Positions 19,260 through 27,984 of a stretch of DNA of 58,935 nucleotides are shown in pieces. The stretch lies in NCBI GenBank assembly GCA_027062325.1, contig JAMOTN010000005.1, positions 1-58,935 on the forward strand. The letters are read 5' to 3'. The notes under the pieces were generated by a model. That model was not told the DNA's origin. It saw only the letters and a list, made by a program, of their open reading frames with translations, and made no database searches. This stretch comes from a bacterium (lineage in GTDB: Bacteria; JAMOTN01). The position numbers were made by a program, and so were the translations under genes. Each line of letters starts with the position of its first letter. Within the stretch, counting starts at the first letter, position 1.

Positions 19260-20246
19260 CTAGTCAATTACCTTGAAAACCTTGTGGAGTTTGTCTATGT
19301 TCAAACCTCTTATCTTTGAAAAAACACAGTTTCCAATCCTAAGCTTGTCAACCACTCGTCTAGCCTTATCAAACTCAGCAATATCCCCTACAAACAAACC
19401 TATTGATCTAGCTGTTTCTATTAGGTGAAAAAGTTTATCATCTACTAAAACACGTGCTACCTTCTCAAATACCTTTCCCTTAAGTTGGTACAATACGAAA
19501 GAGTTAGCAAGAGCTGCAAACCTAGCAAACTTTGCCGCGTACAAAACATGCTGCAACCTCCTCACCTTCTCAATGCGCCGAGCCGCTTGGTTATTCAAAA
19601 CTTTCCAAAAAATTATTAACTTATCTGCAAAACCCTCCTCTGTCAAAAGGCAACCTCCTGAAGGAGCAGGATAGTCAAGTCCCCACTCTTTTGCAAGCTT
19701 TGTCTGAACCTTTCTCGATCTGCCGCGAATGGCAAGTAACCTTTTTCTGTTAATTACACCACTTCTCTCCCAACTAGTCTCCGGTAGAAAACGTGCGCTC
19801 AACGGCCTTAACACTTCAACTTTGTCTGCTATATCCAAAAGTGCCCTCTTATTTTGTGAAAGCGGTCTCTCATCCAAAACCTCCCCTGTTGCAATAACAC
19901 TATTCTTGAAGCTCTTGTGAGCTATCCTTATCATGTTGAGATGACATAACTTACATGGATTCAAAGCCTTACCAATCTCAGTCGGATTTCTCAAAACCAT
20001 AGCCTCATCTTCAAATATTAACCCTAGAAGCTCATCGGTATAGTCATCTATCACTAGGACTGGCTTATTCTCAAACTTATCACGATTCTTCGCCCAATAA
20101 GAAAAAATCTTCTCCATTCCAAAAAATGGCGTGTAAAAAGCAAAAAAAGTATCTGCCTCTATAACTTTGGCAGCAAGTAAGCTATCTAAACCTCCCGAAA
20201 ATAGAATCACCTTTCTCACACTGCTTCCCTCCACAAGCAATTTCAT
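19260..20246 (-). CDS. PP-loop ATP pyrophosphatase, tRNA thiouridylase-like (ThiI/MnmA-related)
   Basis: FSGGLDS PP-loop, NPCKLC, TGEVLDERPLSQ, LRPLSA, GRSRK, YPAPSGGCLLT; ATG 20246 overlaps the upstream stop (TGATG). Confidence 0.75.
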   Translation of the reverse strand: MKLLVEGSSVRKVILFSGGLDSLLAAKVIEADTFFAFYTPFFGMEKIFSYWAKNRDKFENKPVLVIDDYTDELLGLIFEDEAMVLRNPTEIGKALNPCKLCHLNMIRIAHKSFKNSVIATGEVLDERPLSQNKRALLDIADKVEVLRPLSARFLPETSWERSGVINRKRLLAIRGRSRKVQTKLAKEWGLDYPAPSGGCLLTEEGFADKLIIFWKVLNNQAARRIEKVRRLQHVLYAAKFARFAALANSFVLYQLKGKVFEKVARVLVDDKLFHLIETARSIGLFVGDIAEFDKARRVVDKLRIGNCVFSKIRGLNIDKLHKVFKVID

Positions 20247-21070
20247 CACTTCACTCCTTTCCATATTAAAAGAAGGGCACACAGAGCAACAAGCCATCTT
20301 AATACTACGTTCAAAGCACGAGGTGATAATTTATCTCTCGTCCACTTACCAAGATATCCAGCAGAGAAAGCCATCACCCAAAATACCAATAGAACTTTTA
20401 AAACCTCTAAGTTCCACCAACCACCCGCAATAGCATACTTTACGGAAGCAACCAAACATGAGGTAAAAACAAGCGTACTTGCAACTTGAGAAGCAATGTG
20501 AGAACCACCCAAGATATATGAGAAGAATGGGATATAAAGCGCCCCACCTCCTATTCCACCATAAGAAGCTACGAGAGCAATCAAAAAAGTCCCAACTGCA
20601 ATCTGTAGAATCTTCCTCACAGAAAGTACATCATGAGACTCCGATTCAGAATCCTGAGAAGTTTTCATAAATTTTGCCTTTAAAAATTGCCAAAACACTA
20701 TCAGAAGTAATACCACTCCCGTTGTCAGCAACACTGTTTTTTTAGGAAGTGCAAAAGAAAGTTTGGGAGCAATCCATGAGCCAACAACCACACCAATTAA
20801 ACTTGCAACCCAATAACGCCACACACGCCTTATGGATGCTACTGCAGACGGCATTGTAGAAAAGAAGTTTGAAGACAAACCAATCAACTTAGCAAAATTC
20901 ACATCAATGCCAAGTAGTGCCAACATCGGCACAAAGCCTATCGCAGCTCCAACCCCTGCAAGAGCAAATAAAAAGTACAAAACGAATCCAATCACATAAA
21001 CCCACCATGCAACATGGATGCTTAACCCAACCATAAAATCACTTCCCTTTCCTGCAGTCTCAATCTCCAT
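20246..21070 (-). CDS. Sulfite exporter TauE/SafE family membrane protein
   Basis: Multiple TM helices with duplicated motifs AGVGAAIGFVP and GGIGGGALYIP. Confidence 0.85.
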   Translation of the reverse strand: MEIETAGKGSDFMVGLSIHVAWWVYVIGFVLYFLFALAGVGAAIGFVPMLALLGIDVNFAKLIGLSSNFFSTMPSAVASIRRVWRYWVASLIGVVVGSWIAPKLSFALPKKTVLLTTGVVLLLIVFWQFLKAKFMKTSQDSESESHDVLSVRKILQIAVGTFLIALVASYGGIGGGALYIPFFSYILGGSHIASQVASTLVFTSCLVASVKYAIAGGWWNLEVLKVLLVFWVMAFSAGYLGKWTRDKLSPRALNVVLRWLVALCALLLIWKGVK

Positions 21071-21506
21071 CCGATGAGGCTAGAGAACAAACATCAAGTA
21101 CTTTCTGTAACCTCTCATCATCGAGTTTTATGTTAACAGCTAGGGCGCGCAAATTTTCTAAGATAGCCAAAGCAGCATTGGATAATTGAATATTTGATAA
21201 AAGCTGTGAATTGGCAGAAGAGAAGGGCGCAAGTTGAACTGCCTCATAAAATACAAACTGCCCTTCTCTTCGTGCCACTACAATCCCTTCATATCGCAGC
21301 TCTTTCAAGTAACGCGACACAAGAGGCTGAGAAAGTCCTGTAGCCTCTACCAACTGACAAACTGCAAGCGGACGCTTGGTAAGAATAAGCCAAACCATAA
21401 GCTTTTTAGGATTTGAAAGCACTTTTAGGAGGGAAGCTAAGGGTTTCAAATAAGATAACATCCCAGTAGGAGATAAAGTAGGTAGAACCTGAGGTTGATT
21501 TGCCAT
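21060..21506 (-). CDS. ArsR/SmtB family transcriptional regulator
   Basis: LKVLSNPKKL..LAVCQLVEATGLSQPLVSRYLKELRYEGIVVARREGQFVFY; ATG 21506 after AGGAG. Confidence 0.9.
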   Translation of the reverse strand: MANQPQVLPTLSPTGMLSYLKPLASLLKVLSNPKKLMVWLILTKRPLAVCQLVEATGLSQPLVSRYLKELRYEGIVVARREGQFVFYEAVQLAPFSSANSQLLSNIQLSNAALAILENLRALAVNIKLDDERLQKVLDVCSLASSDGD

Positions 21507-21531
21507 AAAGTTCACTCCTATTTTACATTTT

Positions 21532-21552
21532 TCATCCAGATTGCTTGATATG
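21532..21552. promoter_or_regulatory. Candidate ArsR-family operator
   Basis: Imperfect inverted repeat ATCAAG-CAAT-CTGGAT (minus strand) just upstream of the ArsR gene, next to a TAAAAT -10-like hexamer. Confidence 0.35.
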
Positions 21553-21595
21553 CCTTTTCAAATTTTGCTCGAATAGTTCATTTTATACAATCAAT

Positions 21596-22030
21596 CTATT
21601 TCCACACCTTTGCAAGTTTCCCCGGCTTTGAAAAATCTGCAAAATCAGCAATCGTCGCATCTATATAGCGTGCATTATAACCACTTGAAGTGAGAATAAA
21701 CCAACTAATTGCCGCACGGATCTTTCCGGTGCAAAGAATCCCTATAAGTTTATCAGTAGGCAATAGGGTGTGTATTTTAGAAGAAGCACTCTCATCACTT
21801 TCCTCAAACAAGGTGTATAGCTCATTAAATGGTATCTCGATAGCAAATGGGAATTTAACAAAGGTGCGCTCCTTATCAGAGCGAACATCCAACAATACTG
21901 CCTCATCATTTCGAAGAAGCTCAAAAAATTTTTCGGGCCTTATATGGTATTGTCCTCCTGCGAAGAAATCGAAATCCATGCTCTTGACAAGTTTACTTGC
22001 TCGGGTAAGCTCGAACTTTTTTAACACCAT
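21596..22030 (-). CDS. Rhodanese-like sulfurtransferase
   Basis: LLDVR, IEIPFNEL, LPTDKLIGILCTGKIRA active-site loop; ATG 22030 after AGGGGTG. Confidence 0.8.
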   Translation of the reverse strand: MVLKKFELTRASKLVKSMDFDFFAGGQYHIRPEKFFELLRNDEAVLLDVRSDKERTFVKFPFAIEIPFNELYTLFEESDESASSKIHTLLPTDKLIGILCTGKIRAAISWFILTSSGYNARYIDATIADFADFSKPGKLAKVWK

Positions 22031-22106
22031 ACCGATCACCCCTTTTGGAATAATTTTTATTAGGGGGAGAAACAATAAATCTTTCGTTTTACCCCCTAGC
22101 ACTTTT

Positions 22107-22135
22107 ATTGTAAATACAAAATCAATATATGTCAA
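22107..22135 (-). promoter_or_regulatory. Near-consensus sigma70 promoter for the rhodanese gene
   Basis: TTGACA-N17-TACAAT. Confidence 0.75.
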
Positions 22136-22186
22136 TTTTGTTATATACTATCTTACCTCCACCATTCCACAACCTCTTCAACCTCT

Positions 22187-23362
22187 CTACCTCCACACAC
22201 CCTTTATTTGGTAGCCACAGTAAGGACAGTAGGCTTTCAAAACCTTTCTATCGTTCTCTCCCCTTATCAGTTTAAACTTTAGATGCACATCCTTTATCCA
22301 ATAACCATCCCGATCTATAAGCTTTTTTCCACAACGTGGACAGTATGTATCTTCCTCTGGAACTCCCGGAATGTTCCCTATATAAACATACTCCAACCCA
22401 ACCTTTTTTGCTATCCGATAGCATTTTTGTAAAGTCTTATATGGCGTCACAGGTAGATACCTCAATTTATAAGCAGGGAAGAAGCGGGTAAAGTGCACAG
22501 GTATTGCTGAATCCAACTTTTTCACCCACTCACAAAATGCCTTAATCTCCTCTGTATCATCATTAACTGTAGGTACAACCAAGTAGGTTAACTCCACCCA
22601 AACTCCTGCCTCTTTCATGATCTTTATGTTCTCCAAAATCGTTTTCAAATCACCCAGTGTATACTTTTCGTACTTCTCCTCATCAAAGTATTTAACATCA
22701 ACGTTTGCAGCATCTAGATAAGGCAATATCTCTTTTAAAGGCTCCTTTTCTAAATAACCATTAGTAATACTAATCGTGTGTAACCTTGATTCAAATGTAG
22801 CAACAAAATTCCCATAATGCATAACTTCTGTAATACAAGTCTCTTTACAAAGCCTAGCTATATCATACATGTATTCATACCAAACACTGTTTTCAGTGTA
22901 GGTAAAAGCAACTGAAGGAACTTTCTTTTGTAAAGCTACCTTGACAACACCTTCTGGTGGTAAGAATATACTCTCAACTTCATTTGGATGAGCCATGGCT
23001 ATTCTCCAATTCTGACAACCGAGGCAGCGCATATTACACCCAACAGCTGCCAACGAAAGAATAGGAGTTCCAGGTAAATAGTGAAATAAAGGTTTTTTCT
23101 CTATTGGGTCAATTGCCACAGCAACCGGATGGGCGTATGTAAGTGCATACAGTTTTCCACCAATGTTTTTTCTAACACGACAAATTCCACTTTTTCCCGG
23201 ATCAATTATGCAATGGTGGGGACAGAGCAGACATTTTACTTTTCCCGCTTCAAGTTTTTTATAAAAACTAGCTTCTTTAAGCACAGAAGCCATATAAACT
23301 TTAAAGAACGCAGTCAGCAGAATAGCTAAAATCAGCACCTCTTCTAATCTTTTTTTCATCAA
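22187..23362 (-). CDS. amrS: AmmeMemoRadiSam system radical SAM enzyme
   Basis: CLLCPHHC..GICRVR, DPIEKKPLFH, GCNMRCLGCQNW (CxxxCxxC), TNGY, NVDVK, HFTRFFPAY, YVYIGN, TYCPRCG. Confidence 0.9.
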   Translation of the reverse strand: MMKKRLEEVLILAILLTAFFKVYMASVLKEASFYKKLEAGKVKCLLCPHHCIIDPGKSGICRVRKNIGGKLYALTYAHPVAVAIDPIEKKPLFHYLPGTPILSLAAVGCNMRCLGCQNWRIAMAHPNEVESIFLPPEGVVKVALQKKVPSVAFTYTENSVWYEYMYDIARLCKETCITEVMHYGNFVATFESRLHTISITNGYLEKEPLKEILPYLDAANVDVKYFDEEKYEKYTLGDLKTILENIKIMKEAGVWVELTYLVVPTVNDDTEEIKAFCEWVKKLDSAIPVHFTRFFPAYKLRYLPVTPYKTLQKCYRIAKKVGLEYVYIGNIPGVPEEDTYCPRCGKKLIDRDGYWIKDVHLKFKLIRGENDRKVLKAYCPYCGYQIKGVWR

Positions 23363-23395
23363 TTCCCACCTTAATTCTTAATTTGTCTTTTCTAC

Positions 23396-24310
23396 TTACT
23401 CTTTTAAAAAATCAATCAAGTTATCAAGCAGCTCCTTGGCTTTTTTCCAATCATCTTTATCCCCATCCATGTAAAATCTGATCTTTTTTAAACGTGCTAT
23501 TAAATCCTCTCTGGTTATTCCCCAATCCTCATGATAAGCTCCACCCACACCAGCGAAAGCATTCGTACCAAAAAACGAGGCAAACTTTTTCAACTGATCA
23601 AGTGCACTCTCTGGAGTGGGGGCATTCATAACTCGAGAAATCCCATCTAAAACTTTGGAAAATGGAGAAGTTATGTCTAATACTGTAGCAGTTTTAAATA
23701 TGAGCTGAACAAAAGCTGTTCTCTTTAAAGTGTGCAGTTTTACTCTAACCTTAGCTCTTGTTAAAATAACGTCCAAACTTCTCTTGAAACGTTTTTTCCT
23801 CGGTAAATCTATATTTTTATCAATAACTTTTATTTCCTTACCACTTTTGTCTACTCCCTCAACACTCACTTCATCTATTCTGACAGTATAACCACTACCA
23901 AACCATCCCTTTACATTGTATATTTCAACCTCCTTTAACCACCGTACCTCCTTTTCCACATCTATGTAATTGTCAACGTCATAGTTGTATATTCTACTTC
24001 TTAGTGCTCTGTCATCTACTCGAGCATAAAGATATCCTCCCGAATAAGGAACTCTCAAATAGTGTACAATATCAAGCACTGCATCCCTTATATGTTCTTT
24101 CCAATTTGGATCCTTCACCTTATTACGAATTTGCCATTCCAGATAACTTATCAACTCGTTGTAAATCCTACTCGCCTCATAAAGAGACTTCTGAACTACA
24201 CTCATATGTTCATAATCAACCTGTGAAGGAGAATAAGCAACAGACAAAAGAGCAAACCCCATCATCAATAACACAAACAAACCTCTCCAACTAATTAGTA
24301 TCCCTTTCAA
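23396..24310 (-). CDS. Hypothetical secreted protein
   Basis: 304-aa ORF with signal peptide (..GFALLSVA) in operon context; no family recognised. Confidence 0.6.
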   Translation of the reverse strand: MKGILISWRGLFVLLMMGFALLSVAYSPSQVDYEHMSVVQKSLYEASRIYNELISYLEWQIRNKVKDPNWKEHIRDAVLDIVHYLRVPYSGGYLYARVDDRALRSRIYNYDVDNYIDVEKEVRWLKEVEIYNVKGWFGSGYTVRIDEVSVEGVDKSGKEIKVIDKNIDLPRKKRFKRSLDVILTRAKVRVKLHTLKRTAFVQLIFKTATVLDITSPFSKVLDGISRVMNAPTPESALDQLKKFASFFGTNAFAGVGGAYHEDWGITREDLIARLKKIRFYMDGDKDDWKKAKELLDNLIDFLKE

Positions 24311-24324
24311 TCTACCTTCACCCC

Positions 24325-25176
24325 CTATCCAACCTTATCAACTATGTAAGCAACCTCATCATATTTAGCCATCATAAAATGTACTCCAGCAATATGAGGC
24401 TTTATAACTCTAAGAATCTCAACAAATATGTCAAGGTAATCCTCTCCATTTGATAATCTTTCCATCAACTGCTCTGGGATCTTAACTCCACTCAAATTCT
24501 TATCTAAAAACTCTGCCATTTTTAGATTTCTTACAGGCATTATTCCTGCAATTACAGGAACTTTAAGCTTTGCCTCCTCTAAAAATTTTAAAAACTCCTC
24601 TGCATCAAAAACCGGCTGAGTTTGAAAAAATCTAGCACCTACTCGTTCTTTTTGATGTAATTTAAATATGTTGAGTTCTCTAGGCTCAGAATAATGATTT
24701 AGAGCTGCTCCCGCACAAAATTCAACTTTTTTGCGAAGCTTTTTACCTCCATAAAGTTCCCCACATGAAAGAAGCTCTACAAGTTTTAACATCTGCACCG
24801 AATCTACATCTCCAACATACTTAGCCTGATCGTCACCTCCCAAACTAGTATGATCCCCTGTAAGACACAACACATTCTCTATTCCCATTGCATAAGCTGA
24901 TAAAAGTTCTCCTTGGATTGCAATCCTATTTCTATCCCGACCTGTCAATTGTATAACAGGCTCCACACCGTAATCTTTTGCAATTATTGCAGCAACTAAA
25001 GAGGTCACTTTAACCGTGCCCCGCTGAAAATCTGTGAAATTCATAAATTTGAAAAGTTTGGAAAACTTCTGAACCTTTTTCTCAAACTTTTCTCTGAAAA
25101 CCACAGGAGGAGTTAACTCCACTGTATAAACAAACCCGTGCTTTTCTATGTAATCAGTGATGTACAATCTTACCAC
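24325..25176 (-). CDS. metF: Methylenetetrahydrofolate reductase
   Basis: TVELTPP, QLTGRDRNRIAIQ, NVLCLTGD, GARFFQTQPVFD, IAGIMP, GVHFM. Confidence 0.9.
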   Translation of the reverse strand: MVRLYITDYIEKHGFVYTVELTPPVVFREKFEKKVQKFSKLFKFMNFTDFQRGTVKVTSLVAAIIAKDYGVEPVIQLTGRDRNRIAIQGELLSAYAMGIENVLCLTGDHTSLGGDDQAKYVGDVDSVQMLKLVELLSCGELYGGKKLRKKVEFCAGAALNHYSEPRELNIFKLHQKERVGARFFQTQPVFDAEEFLKFLEEAKLKVPVIAGIMPVRNLKMAEFLDKNLSGVKIPEQLMERLSNGEDYLDIFVEILRVIKPHIAGVHFMMAKYDEVAYIVDKVG

Positions 25177-25825
25177 TCCTCACAACTATCCTTCGTGGTT
25201 TGATGTTATCACGCCAGTCTTTAAACTCCCTTGGCCTTTCAAGCTCATCTAGACACCCATTTCTCTTAGCTCGCTCATACATAACTGCCCATGCACAATC
25301 TCTCTCAGAATTCACCTCACACTTTCCATCGTGTACTCCTCCACAAGGACCATTAAAGATTCCTTTAGGACAGATAGTATGAGGACACACGCCTTGACTC
25401 CACTCCAATTCACATTTACCACACATACTGCACTTTTCTTCAAATACTCCGGGAGCAACTATAGCCCCAGAAAACAAAGTATCCGTACCAGGATGAACCT
25501 TTACAGGAACAAGATCTGCAACAACACTAATTCCAGTACCACATGAAAAAACCATTATACTATCAGAATTGTAAGCCTCTGGATAATATTCAAGGTGCTT
25601 TTTAGTACGTCCAACAACACAAACTCCTTCAACAACAAGCATTCCGGTGACAGTTTTTCCAGCATCTTCTAGCACTTTTTTTACAAACATCAATTCTCTC
25701 TTTCCACCAGAAGCACAGTAAGTTGCACATATTCCACACCCTATTAAAAATATCTTCTCCTCCCCTGCCACATAATCCAACAACTCCGAAACAGGCTTCA
25801 TTCTTGAAATTATCACTAATACCAC
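25154..25825 (-). CDS. metV: MTHFR-associated Cys-rich Fe-S/Zn subunit (MetV)
   Basis: GCGICATYCASGG, SCGTG, CSMCGKC, GVCPHTICPKGIFNGPCGG, CEVNSERDCAW; overlaps metF. Confidence 0.88.
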   Translation of the reverse strand: MVLVIISRMKPVSELLDYVAGEEKIFLIGCGICATYCASGGKRELMFVKKVLEDAGKTVTGMLVVEGVCVVGRTKKHLEYYPEAYNSDSIMVFSCGTGISVVADLVPVKVHPGTDTLFSGAIVAPGVFEEKCSMCGKCELEWSQGVCPHTICPKGIFNGPCGGVHDGKCEVNSERDCAWAVMYERAKRNGCLDELERPREFKDWRDNIKPRRIVVRSGKIVHH

Positions 25826-25827
25826 CT

Positions 25828-26559
25828 CTACTTTATGAAGTGAACATTCATATCAAAATCTACCTTCCGCCTTATCCGAACCACCGTCGGTTCTGTGTTT
25901 TCGCAATTTATACACCCAAAAGGTATGGGGTCTCCTCCCCACACATCTATATACAACTCAACATCTGTTTTAGCAAATCTATACACTCCATCTAAAATTC
26001 TCAACTCCGCACTGGGGTAAGCAGCATGAATTTCAACTGTGACAGTATAATCATAAGCTATATACCTAAAAATGAAAAAAAATATCTTTATCTCGCTAGT
26101 AGAAGGCCCATTTACCCAAACACTTGTACTGGAACTCCACTCAACATCCCACATTTCCTTCTCATATTCAAATTTATCATTGCTCTCGAAAAACTCTTCA
26201 ACCTTGTTTTCTACTGTCCGTACTACTTCATTCGTTGGTATGCCTCCATTACAACAGTAATCATATTCTAGATTTTTAAAAGATCTTTTCAAATCTTCAT
26301 TAAAATCATCAACCTTTTTCAAATATTTACCATACACAAATTCTGAAAAAGACAGATTTCTTCCCACAATTTTTCCAGTCCTTAAAATGTTATCTGATAT
26401 AGTTATGCTCGTTAATCTAGAGGGATATCCTACAAGAAAATTTATTAATATAAATATTATCGATATAACAAGCAAAAATAAACCTATATTAGCTCTTTTT
26501 CTAAATACCTGCCCCAATTTTTTCATTATTCTCACTACCAGCACCACCGTAATTACCAA
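25828..26559 (-). CDS. Membrane-anchored hypothetical protein (possible PilX/GspK-position minor pilin)
   Basis: Basic N-terminus followed by one hydrophobic helix; last gene of the pilin-like run. Confidence 0.45.
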   Translation of the reverse strand: MVITVVLVVRIMKKLGQVFRKRANIGLFLLVISIIFILINFLVGYPSRLTSITISDNILRTGKIVGRNLSFSEFVYGKYLKKVDDFNEDLKRSFKNLEYDYCCNGGIPTNEVVRTVENKVEEFFESNDKFEYEKEMWDVEWSSSTSVWVNGPSTSEIKIFFFIFRYIAYDYTVTVEIHAAYPSAELRILDGVYRFAKTDVELYIDVWGGDPIPFGCINCENTEPTVVRIRRKVDFDMNVHFIK

Positions 26560-26564
26560 TATTG

Positions 26565-27014
26565 TTAATTAACAACTCGAACAAGACTAAAACCATACTC
26601 ATAATCTCTATCAATCAACTTAATTTCAAAAGTGCAAAAAGAATAATCCACAGCAAACTCAACTTTCTTAAAGTTTGATAAACTTTCCCACACTAAATTG
26701 CCGCTATTATCTACTAGCCTCAACTTTCCATTTGAAAAATCTCGCCTCAACCTACGTCCATCAGTATATACAAATTCTCCTCCTTCTAAAGCCACAACCT
26801 CTAAAAATACGCCTTTCAATCTCATTGCATCTTGCAACATCAACGAAATTTTTTGAAAATCTCTTGTTTCAATTTCCACTTTGTGAAGCAAATATATCAC
26901 ATGCGAAATCCCTATGCTCAAAATAACCACTACAAATATCAATAGTAACTCTTCAAGTAAAAACTGGGATCTCAACTTTTTCAAACCTAGTAAAATCACC
27001 TGCACCAATCCCAC
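26565..27014 (-). CDS. Prepilin-like protein with degenerate cleavage site
   Basis: KKLRSQ|FLLEELLLIFVVVILSIGI: F+1, E+5 and a hydrophobic helix are present, but Q replaces G at -1. Confidence 0.5.
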   Translation of the reverse strand: MGLVQVILLGLKKLRSQFLLEELLLIFVVVILSIGISHVIYLLHKVEIETRDFQKISLMLQDAMRLKGVFLEVVALEGGEFVYTDGRRLRRDFSNGKLRLVDNSGNLVWESLSNFKKVEFAVDYSFCTFEIKLIDRDYEYGFSLVRVVN

Positions 27015-27520
27015 CTACCAGGTCTATGTCTCCTTCTACTCCCACCTCTACGCCTTCTGTGATGACTATTTCCACTATCCCCGCTGTCTCCATCAGTATC
27101 TTCTAAACTACCATCACTTACCGTATAACTACCATCATCAATCAACTTTTCCTCTTTATCTCCCTTTACAGCAAGAAGTAGCTCCCTTTTAAAATTCAAG
27201 CTAGCACCATTTAAAGGTAAAACCTTTATCTCAACTCTATCAACTCCATCTTCAGAAGTCCTACTCACTTCAACTTTGTAATCAACTCCTCCTTCTGTAA
27301 ACTCATAGGTACCAGCTGCTACCCTTTTTCCAGATTCATATATAGAACAAATGCGATCTAGTAACCCTTCTGCTACCTTTTCAACATTCAAAGTCTGAGT
27401 GGATCTATTAACATTCAAGGACAACTCAGCCACTCCCGGCAAACCAAACGCTATCACCAATACAACTGCCACTAACATCGACACTTCTAATAAACCAATC
27501 CCCCTCATTTTAAATCTCAC
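26996..27520 (-). CDS. Type IV pilin/pseudopilin-like protein (GspI/PilV-like)
   Basis: MRG|IGLLEVSMLVAVVLVIA class III signal; YKVEVS..VDRVEIKV beta-meander. GTG 27520 preferred as start (ORF track: 27553). Confidence 0.65.
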   Translation of the reverse strand: MRFKMRGIGLLEVSMLVAVVLVIAFGLPGVAELSLNVNRSTQTLNVEKVAEGLLDRICSIYESGKRVAAGTYEFTEGGVDYKVEVSRTSEDGVDRVEIKVLPLNGASLNFKRELLLAVKGDKEEKLIDDGSYTVSDGSLEDTDGDSGDSGNSHHRRRRGGSRRRHRPGRWDWCR

Positions 27521-27561
27521 AATTAATCCCCCCGTAATTTTTACTCTTAGCACAATAGCCT

Positions 27562-27975
27562 CTAATTTAAATACTCAATCTCCACAGTCATGTAAAATTT
27601 TCCTATAAGTGATCCCCCCTTCTTTACTATTAACTTAAATTTATCAGTTTTAATAACTTCAGGGTCTATCAAGCCATTGTTGACAAGATGGGTTAAAAAC
27701 TTTGCCGAATCTCCAGTCTCAAATTCTCCCTCATATAAATCGAAAGTCTCTCCGTTAGAAAGTGTAACTCTCCACCCATTCGTTAATTCATCTACCTTTT
27801 TCACAACCCTGCAACTCCAGTAAGCAACAGAACTTTTTAAACAGTTAACGCTGAACTCTGCTGCTTTATAAGCACTATACTCCATCATTTTTATGTTTGA
27901 ATAAATTACTGAAGCAACCGCAACTGTCAATCCAAGATATAACAATAACTCTAGAAGTGTAAAACCTCTCACCAA
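27562..27975 (-). CDS. Prepilin-type N-terminal cleavage/methylation domain protein
   Basis: RG|FTLLELLLYLGLTVAVA, a canonical N-methyl-Phe motif. Confidence 0.85.
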   Translation of the reverse strand: MVRGFTLLELLLYLGLTVAVASVIYSNIKMMEYSAYKAAEFSVNCLKSSVAYWSCRVVKKVDELTNGWRVTLSNGETFDLYEGEFETGDSAKFLTHLVNNGLIDPEVIKTDKFKLIVKKGGSLIGKFYMTVEIEYLN

Positions 27976-27984
27976 ATCACCTTC

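Noticed and set aside
22031-22135. N-terminal extension of the rhodanese ORF
   Set aside because: The TTG 'start' is the -35 box of the promoter; the RBS supports ATG 22030.
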